NCBI GenBank assembly: GCA_034530615.2
Contig: JAVRCV020000034.1
Span: 32,001 to 96,000, forward strand
DNA length: 64,000 nucleotides
Source of the DNA: Aulosira sp. ZfuVER01
Lineage (GTDB): Bacteria > Cyanobacteriota > Cyanobacteriia > Cyanobacteriales > Nostocaceae
Reading direction: 5' to 3'
How positions within the stretch are numbered: the stretch's first letter is position 1; the number at the start of each line of letters is the position of its first letter. Shown here in pieces: positions 27,780 to 39,117 of this stretch. Below the pieces are notes generated by a model that did not search any database, was not told where the DNA came from, and saw nothing but the letters and a program-made list of their open reading frames with translations. The translations under genes and the position numbers were made by a program.

Positions 27780-29795
27780 ATGGTTTCTGCAACCGATTGG
27801 GAAGATAATCCCTACATTATTGGTCGCCCAATTTACGAACCAGAGCTATTTTTTGGCCGTGAAGATCTATTCAATTTTATCCAAGACAATCTGAATAAAC
27901 GGGCACAGGTGATTTTGCTACATGGTCAGCGACGCATTGGCAAGTCGTCTGTACTATCCCAAATTCCTAACTTTATTAATCTAGAGCAGTTCTTGTTCGT
28001 GCCTTTGTCTCTCGAGGGTAAAAGTCAGAAGTCCTTGAGTGAAGTTCTTCATGAGTTAGGAAGAGATATTATTGATTACCTGGAATTATCCAAACTCCAA
28101 GTTATCCTACCTTCAAAAAGCGATTTGGCGGAAGATGCCCAAATATTTTTCAATAATTTCTTGCCCCAAATTTATCAAGCAATAAATGGTAAGAATTTAG
28201 TACTCTTGCTGGATGAATTTGATGTTTTGGGTGATTCTAACGAAGATTCAGCCGTTTCTCACTTCTTTCCCTGTCTCCAGTCGATAGTTTATTGGCACAA
28301 GGAACTTTTTATTATTCCAGTTGTGGGACGACAATTAGATGATATGCCTAACTTACTCACATTATTTAGGCAAGCTCCCCATAGAGAAATCGGTCTACTC
28401 GATAGACACAGTGCAGAACGGCTAATTGTTAAACCTGCTGAAGGAATTCTCAGATATGAAGCTGATGCTATAAACGCAATTTGGGAACTTTCAGCAGGGC
28501 ATCCTTATTTTACGCAAGTAATCTGCTTTGCGCTTTTCTCACAAGCCAGGGATGAGCAACGTTGGCAAGTGAATCGCCAAGATGTAGAAAATATTGTAGA
28601 GGAGGCGATTGAGATTGGCGAGGCTGGTTTAGCCTGGTTCCGGGATGGATTGCCAATTCCTGAACGAGTAGTTTTCTCAGCAGTAGCAAAAGCCCAACAG
28701 CAGCAAAACTCAGTAGTTAAAGGAGAACCTTTAACACAGCTTGTGCAGTGTGGTGTGGTTTTGACTGAACCATTTCATACAACAGAAGAACGATTGCTAG
28801 AATGGGGATTCTTAAAGCAATTAGGAACTTCAGAGAATTACCTAAATACCTATAAAGTTGCAGTAGAGTTAGTGCGTCGCTGGCTAATTAAGCGGTATCC
28901 ATTGCGCAGAGAAATTTGGGAATTAGAGAAACTCGATAGAGAAAGCGATCGCATCTATCAACAAGCAACAAAGCTATATCAAAATAATCATATACAAAAT
29001 TCACTCAAGCTATATGAACAAGCATTGCAGATTAATCCCAACCACTTTGATGCGCTGTTTAGGCTAGCTGAGGTTTGCATAGATATCAAAGATTTTGATC
29101 AAGCAGTAGAACTCTATGCCCGAGCTTATAAAGTCGATCCAATCCGTAATAAAGAAGGATTTGTCCAAGCTTTGCTCAGTTATGGGCAAGAACTAATGGA
29201 GCAAAATAGATTTGAAGCGGCAAAAGAACAATTTAGGCAAGCATTAATACTTCAGCCTGATAATACAGTTATACAAACAGCTTTAGTTGCGGCTCAAGAA
29301 GAAACAAGGATTTATCGAAGCGGTGAGAGAGTTGTCATTACAAATGGCAGATACGTTGAAAAAGTGAGCGACTCAATCATTAGTAGTCACCCAATTAATA
29401 TCGGTGAGCAAAGCATAAATATTAATCAAGGCATAGATTTAGGAGATGTGACAGTCGGTGATGCAACTTATTTAGTTAGTACTAGTATTGCTCAACTGCA
29501 AAATTTAGACGATCCAGATGCAGCAAAATTAGCAAACTTACTTCAACAGTTGCAAACAGAAATTATCAGTACCAGAGAATTAGATCTGGAAGATAAAGCA
29601 GAAGCTTTGGAGCAAGTAATTGCCTTAGCTGAAGCGGGTAAATATCCTGAGGAAGGACGGATGCGGAGGTTAGCAAGAACCTCGTTTAAGATTTTGATAG
29701 GTACGCTTGCAGGTTTACCTAGTTCGGCAACTTTAGTGAGAACTGCTAATCAATTATTGCCAGCAATTTCTAAATTACTAAATTTGAATTTGTAG
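27780..29795 (+). CDS. STAND/AAA-like ATPase with TPRs and a helical C-terminal domain
   Basis: NPYIIGRPI...FFGRE, GQRRIGKS, LLLDEFD, GHPYFTQ; TPRs; SD GGAGGAG 9 nt before ATG 27780. Confidence 0.82.
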   Translation: MVSATDWEDNPYIIGRPIYEPELFFGREDLFNFIQDNLNKRAQVILLHGQRRIGKSSVLSQIPNFINLEQFLFVPLSLEGKSQKSLSEVLHELGRDIIDYLELSKLQVILPSKSDLAEDAQIFFNNFLPQIYQAINGKNLVLLLDEFDVLGDSNEDSAVSHFFPCLQSIVYWHKELFIIPVVGRQLDDMPNLLTLFRQAPHREIGLLDRHSAERLIVKPAEGILRYEADAINAIWELSAGHPYFTQVICFALFSQARDEQRWQVNRQDVENIVEEAIEIGEAGLAWFRDGLPIPERVVFSAVAKAQQQQNSVVKGEPLTQLVQCGVVLTEPFHTTEERLLEWGFLKQLGTSENYLNTYKVAVELVRRWLIKRYPLRREIWELEKLDRESDRIYQQATKLYQNNHIQNSLKLYEQALQINPNHFDALFRLAEVCIDIKDFDQAVELYARAYKVDPIRNKEGFVQALLSYGQELMEQNRFEAAKEQFRQALILQPDNTVIQTALVAAQEETRIYRSGERVVITNGRYVEKVSDSIISSHPINIGEQSININQGIDLGDVTVGDATYLVSTSIAQLQNLDDPDAAKLANLLQQLQTEIISTRELDLEDKAEALEQVIALAEAGKYPEEGRMRRLARTSFKILIGTLAGLPSSATLVRTANQLLPAISKLLNLNL

Positions 29796-29972
29796 AGGTA
29801 CAGAGATATTTTCTCACCACGGGAGAAGGCAAGAGTTAAGAGAAGCGATCGCAATTGTTTATTAGTTAAAAATAGAGTAAAAAAACGAAAGTAAGGCTGG
29901 CGATTAAAGCCTAAAAGCTTACTTTCGTAAATTAGCATATTTGGTTGTTTATATTTAGACAATGCTCTAAAT

Positions 29973-31103
29973 CTATTTATTAACATCGAGCAAGCGCGAA
30001 GTTTGGAAGCGTTCCATCCACTTTTCTAAATAGACTTGATTCGCTTGTTGTTCAGATGGATCTTGGCTATCTAAAGGATAGGGCATTAATCCCAAAATCG
30101 CAGCTGAAGTTACACAGAACATTGATTTTTGGAAAGTTATACAAATTTGCACTCGCAAATCATCTTCACCTCGGGGAGTGCGGCGATACACTTCATGCAA
30201 ATATTCTGGCAGATAATGCCGCATATCTTGCATTAATAAAGTAGGAGGAATACCAGCACTGCCAATGGGTAAAGGATCGGCATATAATGCACCATATTGA
30301 AAGCGAGCTTGATCGGGGGGAATTTGATATGCTTGGGCGTTGTATGTAACTGTACCAGAGAAAGGAGTTCCCCGAAAGAAAACTGCTTCTACATAAGGTA
30401 TTGCTGTATCTGCTAAGAAAGTTAAACCAAGTTTCTTGGGAAGAATTTCATAGACTTTATTGTCAATTGTTACTTCGTAAGTAATAGGCCTTAAAGCATC
30501 TGCTACCAACCCAGCTTTAATATGTTCTACAACTTGCGGAATTGTTTTGATTTCGCCTCTGTCATAGCGGTCTGATAGGTTGAGGAAGATATCAGCCATC
30601 ACGCGCCAGAATTGCCCTAATCCACTGTAGTAGGCAGAAACACGTAACTGTTCGATTAAGAAATCGGGAAACAGTTTATTCATTCCCTGCACTAAGGGAT
30701 TATTTTTAAATTTGGCTGCAATTACAGCTTGGGCTGCTGCTTGAAATTCTTTACTATCTAAATATGTATCCAGTCCACCGCCACCATGCCACATCATGGA
30801 CTTCATGCAATACTCGGCATATTCAAAATTAATTCTATCATGCCACCAGTGACGGAATAATTTCTGCCAAGAAAATTCCCCGTTAAAATATTTGAAAAAA
30901 GGAAAAAATACTAAAAATTGATGATCGGCAATGTAGATAAGATTTTTGGAATAAGCATCTAGAACTACACCGTAGCTTTTGAGAATGCCAACTACTTCTA
31001 AAACATTCTGTGGGCTATCAGCAAGTAGTGCTTCTCCTGTTTGTAAGCGTTTGATATACTCAGCTAAAGGATTGTTATAAGGCTTGTTTTGTATAGCTAC
31101 CAT
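29973..31103 (-). CDS. cupB: CO2 hydration protein CupB (ChpX)
   Basis: 376 aa; HDRINFEYAEYCM..M.WHGGGG, GIPPTLLMQDMRHYLP; follows ndhF4/ndhD4. Confidence 0.9.
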   Translation of the reverse strand: MVAIQNKPYNNPLAEYIKRLQTGEALLADSPQNVLEVVGILKSYGVVLDAYSKNLIYIADHQFLVFFPFFKYFNGEFSWQKLFRHWWHDRINFEYAEYCMKSMMWHGGGGLDTYLDSKEFQAAAQAVIAAKFKNNPLVQGMNKLFPDFLIEQLRVSAYYSGLGQFWRVMADIFLNLSDRYDRGEIKTIPQVVEHIKAGLVADALRPITYEVTIDNKVYEILPKKLGLTFLADTAIPYVEAVFFRGTPFSGTVTYNAQAYQIPPDQARFQYGALYADPLPIGSAGIPPTLLMQDMRHYLPEYLHEVYRRTPRGEDDLRVQICITFQKSMFCVTSAAILGLMPYPLDSQDPSEQQANQVYLEKWMERFQTSRLLDVNK

Positions 31104-31253
31104 TATGATTTCTCCAAAAGAGTAAGAATATTATTCAGTTATTTGTCATTTGTTAATTGCTTTTCATCAGTAGCTGATTATTCATGGGTTACAAACTCGA
31201 TCGTTGTGTTTGTAGTAAGGATGAGGCAATACTACAAACCCAATATCTGACTT

Positions 31254-32753
31254 TTAATTTTTGTCTGCCTTATCTAAAGCAACTGTTGCCACTATGTTTT
31301 GCGTATCTACCATTGCTGTGATTGTTGGTTCAGTCCAGCGCGTTAACCAAGCAGGTTGGATACCAAAAATCACAATCAACACAGCTAAAACTATAGATGG
31401 GATGCGATCGCTCCAATACACCCGTGGTAAGTTGGTAACTTGTGCCGATAAGCGTCCAAAAAAGGCTTGATTAACGAGAATTAAGAAATAAACAGCAGTC
31501 AAACCTGTACCAATCATACATAACAATGTTTGGACTGGGAAAACTGGGAAACTGCCCCGAAAAATTACGAATTCGGAAATAAACCCTAGCATTCCGGGTA
31601 TACCAGCACTGGCCATGACTCCCAAAACCATCAAACTACCAATAACAGGCATACCGCGTTCTGGATTTAGCAGTCCACGGACGACATCTAAATCACGACT
31701 ACCAGCTTTTTTATAGACAACACCCACCAGCAAAAACAGTAGCGCCGAAATCAAGCCGTGGCTAATCATTTGCATGACAGTACCTAACACGCTTAACGGT
31801 GTAGCCGCCGCCGCCGCTAAAAGGATATAGCCCATGTGTCCAATAGAACTGTAAGCCACCATTTTTTTCATGTCTTTTTGGGCGATCGCACAAGATGCAC
31901 CATACAGTACACTTACTACTGCCCAAGTTGCCAGCCAAGGAGCCAAATAACCCCAAGCTTCTGGTAACAAGTTCATGCCAAATCGCAGTAAGCCATAAGT
32001 TCCCAACTTCAACAATACCCCAGCTAGTAGCACAGAAATTGGCGTAGACGCTTCAACGTGAGCATCTGGCAACCAAGTATGGAAAGGAACCAGAGGAATC
32101 TTAATGCCAAAACCAACTAAAATTCCTGCTAGTAACAAAAGTTGCGTTGCTAACGGTAGAGTCTTAGCATTCAAAGTCGCTAGGGCAAAGTTAGGTGCAT
32201 CACTTAGCCAAACTAGACCCAGGAAACTTGCTAAAATCAGAATCCCTGAAAGTGCTGTATAAATTAGGAATTTTGTGGCTGCATAACCCCGTTTTTGACC
32301 ACCCCAAATTGCAATTAAAAGATATAGGGGTATTAATTCCAACTCGTAAAACAGGAAAAATAGTAGTAAATCCTGAGCCAGAAAAGCTCCAGTTACCCCA
32401 GCACTCAACAGCAGTATCAATGAGTAATAAAATCTAGGACGTTGCAGGGATTCATCGCTGCTGTAGATGGCAATGCAGGTCAACAATCCATTCAAAACCA
32501 GCAAGGGTAAGGATAAACCATCTACTCCCAAATTATAGTTTAAGCCTAAGGTATCTACCCAAGGTAGGAACTCAGTAAATTGTTGACTGACTTGCCCTGG
32601 ATTAAATTGAATTGCTAAAACGACCGACCACGCGAAAGCAATACTAGCAATGACTAAAGCTATCCCACGGGAAAGTTTACCATTCATGCCAGTCGGCCAA
32701 AAACCGATCAAAGCAGCACCAAATAATGGCACTATAATCAACGCACTTAGCAT
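31254..32753 (-). CDS. ndhD4: NDH-1 subunit D4
   Basis: NuoM/NdhD motifs GVDGLSLPL, FYELELIPLY, PFHTWLPDAHVEA; between ndhF4 and cupB. Confidence 0.88.
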   Translation of the reverse strand: MLSALIIVPLFGAALIGFWPTGMNGKLSRGIALVIASIAFAWSVVLAIQFNPGQVSQQFTEFLPWVDTLGLNYNLGVDGLSLPLLVLNGLLTCIAIYSSDESLQRPRFYYSLILLLSAGVTGAFLAQDLLLFFLFYELELIPLYLLIAIWGGQKRGYAATKFLIYTALSGILILASFLGLVWLSDAPNFALATLNAKTLPLATQLLLLAGILVGFGIKIPLVPFHTWLPDAHVEASTPISVLLAGVLLKLGTYGLLRFGMNLLPEAWGYLAPWLATWAVVSVLYGASCAIAQKDMKKMVAYSSIGHMGYILLAAAAATPLSVLGTVMQMISHGLISALLFLLVGVVYKKAGSRDLDVVRGLLNPERGMPVIGSLMVLGVMASAGIPGMLGFISEFVIFRGSFPVFPVQTLLCMIGTGLTAVYFLILVNQAFFGRLSAQVTNLPRVYWSDRIPSIVLAVLIVIFGIQPAWLTRWTEPTITAMVDTQNIVATVALDKADKN

Positions 32754-32832
32754 ACACAGAACTAGTTAAGGATAGGGTATGAGGCAGACAAGGGGCGTGG
32801 GGAATGAAGGGGATGAGGAGGACAAATGACTC

Positions 32833-34689
32833 CTAAAAAGGCAACTTATCTAATAGTCCTAATGACCAACTAATGAAAAAGCCCAGTACGCTGACAACTG
32901 CGAGGATGGTCAACATATAACCTTGGGATTGTCCAGAAATGCTATACTTTAAGCCTTGTCCGCTGAGAATGGCTGCAAACCCAACCAAGTTTACTAGACC
33001 ATCAATCAAATAGCGATCGCTCCACGCAGAAATTTTAGAAAGCAACGCTACTGCACTTACCACGGTCACTTTATAAACTTGGTCGATGTAAAAATCGTAA
33101 CCCAACAAATCCTGCATAAATCTCCATGCTAGGATTCTCGACCTCGACCATGCTTTATGCAGATACATAGTAGAACCTACACCCACACCCATCAAAGTCG
33201 AAGACAGTAATATTGCCACTACATACCAATTAATACTTTCCCAATCAGGTAGTAAGTACCATTGCTGTAGCATCAAGGGTAATAACAGCGTCAGGATGGT
33301 CAAAGTTACCATTGGAAATGCCATTTGCCAACCCACTTCTGGCGCGCGGCGGGTTTTTTGTTGCGGTGTATCCCAAAAGATAAATCTGAACACCCGCGTT
33401 AAGTTTAGGGCTGTCAAACCATTGACGATCACCAATACGCCAATCACCCAAGGGCTAATATTCACAAAGCCGTCAGCCCAAGACAGCATTGCCCAAAAGC
33501 TTCCTAGTGGCAGTAGTGTGATCATTCCCGCAGAACCGACAACAAAGGCAGTGGTAGTAGCTGGCATCCGCGACCATAAACCGCCCATTTCTGTGAGGTT
33601 TTGCGTGTGGGTAGTATGAATTATAGAACCAGAACTCATAAATAATAGTGCTTTGGCGATCGCATGAGTTAACAGCAACATCAAGGCTACACCACCTTGC
33701 TGTAAGCCCATTGCCAAAAATACTAATCCCATGTATGCACTGGTGGAATGAGATAGCGCCCGCTTAATATCAATTTGCGCTAAAGACACTAAAGTTGCAC
33801 CAATTGCTGTCACCGTACCCATGATTACCAAGGCGTTCAATGCCACTGGGGACAGAGCTAACAAAGGTTGCATTTTATATAGTAAATAAGCACCACCAGC
33901 TACCACCAGTGAGTTCCGCAACACTGATGCAGGGTTTGGCCCTTCCATCGCTTCATCCAACCACAAATGCAGCGGAAACTGGGCACATTTACCCGCCGGC
34001 CCAGCAATCAATGCTAATCCTAACAAGGTTGACGTAACTGAATCTAAGTTAGCTGTTTGCGCCCACTCATATAAATCGGAAAAGTTCAGACTACCTGCCA
34101 AGCTAGAAAGCACCACTACACCCATTAGCAGCAACAAGTCTCCTACTCGTTTAGTCCAAAACGCATCCCTTGCTGCTGTCACCACTAAAGGCTGTGCATA
34201 CCAGAATCCGACTAATAAGTAAGTGGAAAGCGTCAGGACTTCTAAAAGGGCATAGCTAAGAAACAAGGAGTCACTGATGGCTAAACCACTCAGTGCAGCT
34301 TCAAAAAATCCCATCAGCGCAAAAAAACGTGCCAACGCCCAGTCCTTTTCCATATAGCCTAGGGCGTAAATTTGTGCTAAGACGCTTAATCCAGTAATTA
34401 AAACCGTAGCCCCAATACTTACAGGGGAAATTTCTAACCCAAATGACAAATCTAAATCTGCTACTTTGAACCAGTGAATCAACAAATTTTCTGGTTCTCG
34501 ATCCCAGATATGTTGAAATATAAATAGGCTATGAACAAAAGCCGCAATGGTTGTTAACAAGTTGAAATATGCCGCAGGTCTTGGCCCGGTTCTCCGAATA
34601 ATTCCCATTGCCCACGGCAAGGTTAAAATAGCACCTATCAAACCATAAATAGGCACAAACCAACTTGTAAGGTAGAAAAATTGATTCAT
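32833..34689 (-). CDS. ndhF4: NDH-1 subunit F4
   Basis: RRTGPRPAAY, AARDAFWTKRVGD, GKCAQFPLHLWLDEAMEGPNP. Confidence 0.88.
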   Translation of the reverse strand: MNQFFYLTSWFVPIYGLIGAILTLPWAMGIIRRTGPRPAAYFNLLTTIAAFVHSLFIFQHIWDREPENLLIHWFKVADLDLSFGLEISPVSIGATVLITGLSVLAQIYALGYMEKDWALARFFALMGFFEAALSGLAISDSLFLSYALLEVLTLSTYLLVGFWYAQPLVVTAARDAFWTKRVGDLLLLMGVVVLSSLAGSLNFSDLYEWAQTANLDSVTSTLLGLALIAGPAGKCAQFPLHLWLDEAMEGPNPASVLRNSLVVAGGAYLLYKMQPLLALSPVALNALVIMGTVTAIGATLVSLAQIDIKRALSHSTSAYMGLVFLAMGLQQGGVALMLLLTHAIAKALLFMSSGSIIHTTHTQNLTEMGGLWSRMPATTTAFVVGSAGMITLLPLGSFWAMLSWADGFVNISPWVIGVLVIVNGLTALNLTRVFRFIFWDTPQQKTRRAPEVGWQMAFPMVTLTILTLLLPLMLQQWYLLPDWESINWYVVAILLSSTLMGVGVGSTMYLHKAWSRSRILAWRFMQDLLGYDFYIDQVYKVTVVSAVALLSKISAWSDRYLIDGLVNLVGFAAILSGQGLKYSISGQSQGYMLTILAVVSVLGFFISWSLGLLDKLPF

Positions 34690-35279
34690 TTAAATTTCCT
34701 TGGACTACTCAGGATGGAATGCCTTGTTTAAAATTAGCTTTTCTAAAAAAATATTTTCTATAATTAGCTTGACATTGCACAGTGATAAAAACTGTAATAG
34801 CAGAATAAAAATATTTAATTCTTCCTCTATACTCTACTTATAGCATTGGAATTCCTACTTCTACATTGCCAATTTATATCGCCTATTATAAAAACTTATA
34901 TATTTTTTAGACTGTACTTGTATAAACAAAACAATTTCAGGAAAAGCAGTTCAGATAAAGTATCTAGGCTTCTGTTTTTCCGCTGGAGATGAAATTACAG
35001 AGGTTATTAATCTGGGTTTGACAAATGTAATTAAAAAATTATAAAGCGTAGTTGGACGCTCTAGCAATCCGTGAAATTTCATTAACCAAATGACAGCATT
35101 AAATTATGTTAAGTTTTCTTAAACGTTTTTATCATAAACTATTATAGTGATTTATATTGCCAGGAACGCCAAGCTTTCCTATGCTTAATTTGGAAGTGTT
35201 TTCTTAGCTCAAGATGAGCTTCCCCGTCAAAAATTTCAAATTTCAGTACTGATTGCATTAATTTTGTAGGAGTTCTGCG

Positions 35280-35588
35280 ATGCCAATTGCAGTTGGAATG
35301 ATTGAGACTAAAGGCTTTCCAGCAGTAGTAGAAGCTGCTGATGCGATGGTGAAAGCCGCTCGTGTAACATTGGTTGGATATGAAAAAATCGGTAGTGCGC
35401 GAGTTACCGTAATTGTGCGGGGAGATGTATCGGAAGTGCAAGCCTCAGTTGCCGCTGGGGTAGAAGCAGCCAGAAGAGTAAATGGTGGGGAAGTGGTATC
35501 CACCCACATCATTGCTCGTCCTCACGAAAATCTAGAGTACGTCTTGCCGATTCGTTATACCGAAGCCGTAGAACAGTTCCGCACTTAA
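35280..35588 (+). CDS. ccmK2: Carboxysome shell protein CcmK2
   Basis: BMC domain [27 protein letters not shown], 102 aa short form. Confidence 0.9.
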   Translation: MPIAVGMIETKGFPAVVEAADAMVKAARVTLVGYEKIGSARVTVIVRGDVSEVQASVAAGVEAARRVNGGEVVSTHIIARPHENLEYVLPIRYTEAVEQFRT

Positions 35589-35676
35589 AAACCGGTTAAA
35601 CAAAATCATTAACGGGGTTGCCTTCTTGAGTGCTGTTGTTTCCAAATTTCAAAACTTTAAATAAGGGTTAGAACTA

Positions 35677-36021
35677 ATGTCGATCGCAGTAGGAATGGTA
35701 GAAACGCTAGGCTTTCCAGCAGTAGTAGAAGCCGCAGACGCAATGGTGAAAGCTGCTCGTGTTACCTTGGTAGGCTACGAAAAAATAGGGAGTGGTCGGG
35801 TTACAGTCATTGTGAGGGGAGATGTCTCGGAAGTACAAGCTTCCGTAGCAGCGGGCGTAGAATCGGTGAAGCGAGTTAACGGCGGACAAGTGCTGTCTAC
35901 CCACATCATTGCTCGTCCTCACGAAAACTTGGAATACGTCCTGCCAATTCGTTATACAGAAGATGTAGAACAGTTCCGGGAAAATGTCAACGCCATTCGT
36001 CCTTTCGGCAGAAGACCATAA
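35677..36021 (+). CDS. ccmK1: Carboxysome shell protein CcmK1
   Basis: BMC domain with a C-terminal extension, 114 aa. Confidence 0.9.
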   Translation: MSIAVGMVETLGFPAVVEAADAMVKAARVTLVGYEKIGSGRVTVIVRGDVSEVQASVAAGVESVKRVNGGQVLSTHIIARPHENLEYVLPIRYTEDVEQFRENVNAIRPFGRRP

Positions 36022-36027
36022 TTTGTA

Positions 36028-36330
36028 ATGCAAATTGCCAAAGTTCGTGGCACAGTAGTTAGCACGCAAAAAGATCCAAGTCTTAGAGGTGTGAAACTAC
36101 TGTTGTTGCAATTAGTAGATGAAGAAGGAAACCTCCTGCAAAAATACGAAGTAGCTGCGGATATTGTCGGTGCTGGATTCGATGAGTGGGTACTTTTCAG
36201 TCGTGGTAGTGCCGCACGTCAAGTTCCTGGCAACGAAAATCGTCCGTTAGATGCAGCGGTGGTGGCGATAATTGATACTATTCATGTCGAAGATCGTCTC
36301 ATTTACAGCAAAAAAGACCAATATAGATAG
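36028..36330 (+). CDS. ccmL: Carboxysome vertex protein CcmL
   Basis: MQIAKVRGTVVSTQK...GSAAR...DAAVVAIID. Confidence 0.96.
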   Translation: MQIAKVRGTVVSTQKDPSLRGVKLLLLQLVDEEGNLLQKYEVAADIVGAGFDEWVLFSRGSAARQVPGNENRPLDAAVVAIIDTIHVEDRLIYSKKDQYR

Positions 36331-36459
36331 TCAAGGGTCAAGAGGAGCCACTGCGGTCTTGGGGTTTCCCCGAGTCGAGCAAGTGGCATTCAAAGGTCAA
36401 GGGTTTTGACTATGGACTATTGACCATTGACAAAAGCTTAATTTAGGAGGAATCTCGCA

Positions 36460-38103
36460 ATGGCAGTCAGCAGCACGGTGGCTCCCCCAACCCCGTGGTC
36501 TAGAACCTTAGCTGAGCCAACAATCCATGAAACCACATTTGTACATCCGTTTTCCAAGGTGATTGGAGACGTGCGCATAGGTGCAAATGTCATCGTTGCT
36601 CCGGGAACTTCGATTAGAGCAGATGAAGGTACACCTTTTTTTATTGGTGAAAACACTAATATTCAAGATGGTGTAGTGATTCATGGGTTGGAGCAAGGTC
36701 GAGTAATTGGTGACGACCAAGACCAATACTCGGTATGGATTGGTAAAAATGCTTCCATTACCCACATGGCCTTAATTCACGGGCCGGCTTATGTTGGGGA
36801 TAATTCGTTCATTGGCTTTCGCTCTACGGTATTTAATGCCAGGGTGGGTGCAGGCTGTATTGTGATGATGCACGCTTTGATTCAAGATGTAGAAATTCCC
36901 CCTGGTAAATATGTACCTTCGGGAGCGATCATTACTAATCAACAGCAAGCCGACCGCCTACCAGATGTACAAGCGCAGGATCAAGAATTTACCCATCATG
37001 TAGTGGGAATTAATCAGGCACTGCGAGCAGGTTATCTCTGTGTTGCTGATAGTAAATGTATTACACCCATCCGGGATGAATTAAAAAAATCTTCTACAAG
37101 TAATGGCATTACTGTTTTAGAGCTAGAAAGGAGTAGTGAAGTGGCGAGTAAGAGCTTGGGTGCGGAAACAATAGAGCAGGTGCGCTATTTGTTAGAGCAG
37201 GGATATAAAATTGGTACGGAACACGTAGACGAGCGACGTTTCCGCACCGGTTCTTGGACTAGTTGCAAACCATTAGATGCCAGATCTATTGGGGAAGCGA
37301 TCGCAGCTTTAGAAAGTTGTGTAAGAGACCACAGCGGCGAGTATGTGCGGCTGTTTGGCATCGACAAAAATAGACGGCGGGTGTTGGAAACCATCATCCA
37401 ACGTCCTGATGGTACAGTGGGCGCACCTAGCAACTTTAGAGCGCCTGCTGCTCAATCTAATGGCAGCTACAAAGCTAATACTAACGGTAACGGCTCTGGT
37501 AGTGGGCAACTCAGTGCTGACACTGTAGACCAAATCCGCCAGCTATTGGCAGGTGGTTACAAAATCGGTACAGAACACGTAGACGAGCGCCGCTTCCGCA
37601 CGGGTTCTTGGCAAAGTTGTGAGCCAATTAACTCTACTTCTACCAATGACGTAATTGCCGCTTTGGAAGATTGTATCAACAATCATCAAGGCGAATACGT
37701 GCGCTTGATTGGGATTGATACCAAAGCCAAACGTCGGGTATTGGAAAGCATTATTCAACGTCCTAATGGCCAAGTTAGTTCATCTGGTAGCCAGAAGTCA
37801 TTTACTAGTGCTTCAACAGCCACAGCAACCGCAACTAACACCCGCTTGAGTGGCGAAGTCGTAGAACAGTTACGGCAATTACTCGGTGGTGGGTATAAGA
37901 TTAGCGTTGAACACGTAGACCAAAGAAGATTCCGTACAGGTTCCTGGACAAGTAGCGGCCCCATTCAAGCCAATTCAGAAAGAGAAGCGATCGCAGCCTT
38001 AGAAGCACATCTTGCTGAATATCAAGGCGAATATGTGCGCTTAATCGGGATTGACCCCAAAGCCAAGCGTCGGGTATTGGAAACCATTATTCAACGCCCA
38101 TAG
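36460..38103 (+). CDS. ccmM: Carboxysome protein CcmM (gamma-CA domain plus three RbcS-like domains)
   Basis: [16 protein letters not shown]; three repeats of [18 protein letters not shown]...GEYVRL.GID. Confidence 0.97.
   Translation: MAVSSTVAPPTPWSRTLAEPTIHETTFVHPFSKVIGDVRIGANVIVAPGTSIRADEGTPFFIGENTNIQDGVVIHGLEQGRVIGDDQDQYSVWIGKNASITHMALIHGPAYVGDNSFIGFRSTVFNARVGAGCIVMMHALIQDVEIPPGKYVPSGAIITNQQQADRLPDVQAQDQEFTHHVVGINQALRAGYLCVADSKCITPIRDELKKSSTSNGITVLELERSSEVASKSLGAETIEQVRYLLEQGYKIGTEHVDERRFRTGSWTSCKPLDARSIGEAIAALESCVRDHSGEYVRLFGIDKNRRRVLETIIQRPDGTVGAPSNFRAPAAQSNGSYKANTNGNGSGSGQLSADTVDQIRQLLAGGYKIGTEHVDERRFRTGSWQSCEPINSTSTNDVIAALEDCINNHQGEYVRLIGIDTKAKRRVLESIIQRPNGQVSSSGSQKSFTSASTATATATNTRLSGEVVEQLRQLLGGGYKISVEHVDQRRFRTGSWTSSGPIQANSEREAIAALEAHLAEYQGEYVRLIGIDPKAKRRVLETIIQRP
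37129..37143 (+). promoter_or_regulatory. Internal ribosome-binding site and GTG start for the short CcmM isoform
   Basis: AGGAG at 37129-37133, in-frame GTG at 37141 just before the first RbcS-like domain. Confidence 0.75.
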
Positions 38104-38290
38104 CAGTACGAGTGACAAGTGCTGAGGAGCCAGTGCTGTTGGATTGGTAAAATAATTTTCCGAATTGAATCAACTAGCTTTGCTGAGTTGAGTAGGTTGT
38201 GGATACCAGCCAGACTATAACTACGACTCAGCACTAACAACTCAGCACTCAGAACTTTCTAATTTTCTGGCTTCCGAGGTGACAATTTCC

Positions 38291-39070
38291 ATGTCTGTGC
38301 CGCCACTGCGCCTCAGCAATAATTTTGATTCTTATATTAGTGGCGAGGTGACTATTCATCCGAGTGCGGTACTAGCGCCAGGAGTGATACTCCAAGCGGC
38401 TGTAAAGGGCAAGATCGTTATCGGTCCGGGGGTTTGTATTGGTATGGGGTCGATTCTCCAAGTCCATGAAGGAACTCTAGAAGTAGAAGCAGGGGCAAAC
38501 TTGGGAGCCGGTTTTCTCATGGTTGGTCAAGGTAAAATCGGAACAAATGCTTGTATTGGTTCAGCAACAACAGTATTTAACTGTTCGGTTGCAGCGGGAC
38601 AAGTAGTTCCACCTGGTTCAATTTTGGGAGACACCAGTCGCCGTATTGGTACTACAGAACCGGAACCATCAACAATTAATGCTTCTACAGCAACGCAGGC
38701 GGCGAAGGCAGGAAAAAATTTGATCGGCAGAAAAAGAGACAATGGGGTAAATAGAGATCGGGACACAACTATTTCCTCAACTAACTTATCTGCTGGAGTT
38801 TTTGTAGAATTACAGCACACATCTATTTCCCAACCTCAGCCTGCTACTAATCCGGTAGATGAATCTCTTCCCATTGCAGAAAACCCTACTGTGCCCGCAG
38901 AAGCCGCACCAGAACTTAGCCAAGACTCAGAATCTAGTCAAAATCCCACCGAATCACCTAGTATTGGGACTCACATTTATGGTACAGGGAGCATCCAAAG
39001 GCTGTTAGTCACATTGTTCCCCCATCGGCAATCCTTAAATGAACCAATCTCTGACGATCAGTCTGAATAA
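38291..39070 (+). CDS. ccmN: Carboxysome protein CcmN
   Basis: Hexapeptide-repeat N-terminus and C-terminal IYG...RLLVTLFPHRQ peptide. Confidence 0.93.
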   Translation: MSVPPLRLSNNFDSYISGEVTIHPSAVLAPGVILQAAVKGKIVIGPGVCIGMGSILQVHEGTLEVEAGANLGAGFLMVGQGKIGTNACIGSATTVFNCSVAAGQVVPPGSILGDTSRRIGTTEPEPSTINASTATQAAKAGKNLIGRKRDNGVNRDRDTTISSTNLSAGVFVELQHTSISQPQPATNPVDESLPIAENPTVPAEAAPELSQDSESSQNPTESPSIGTHIYGTGSIQRLLVTLFPHRQSLNEPISDDQSE

Positions 39071-39117
39071 GTGTTAATTGTAAGTTGTTAGTTTCGTGAG
39101 TATCTTGGAGACTCTAC

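Noticed and set aside
35142..38820. Antisense and alternate-frame ORFs over the ccm genes (and similar ones over other long CDSs)
   Set aside because: Shadow ORFs of well-supported genes, with no independent motifs
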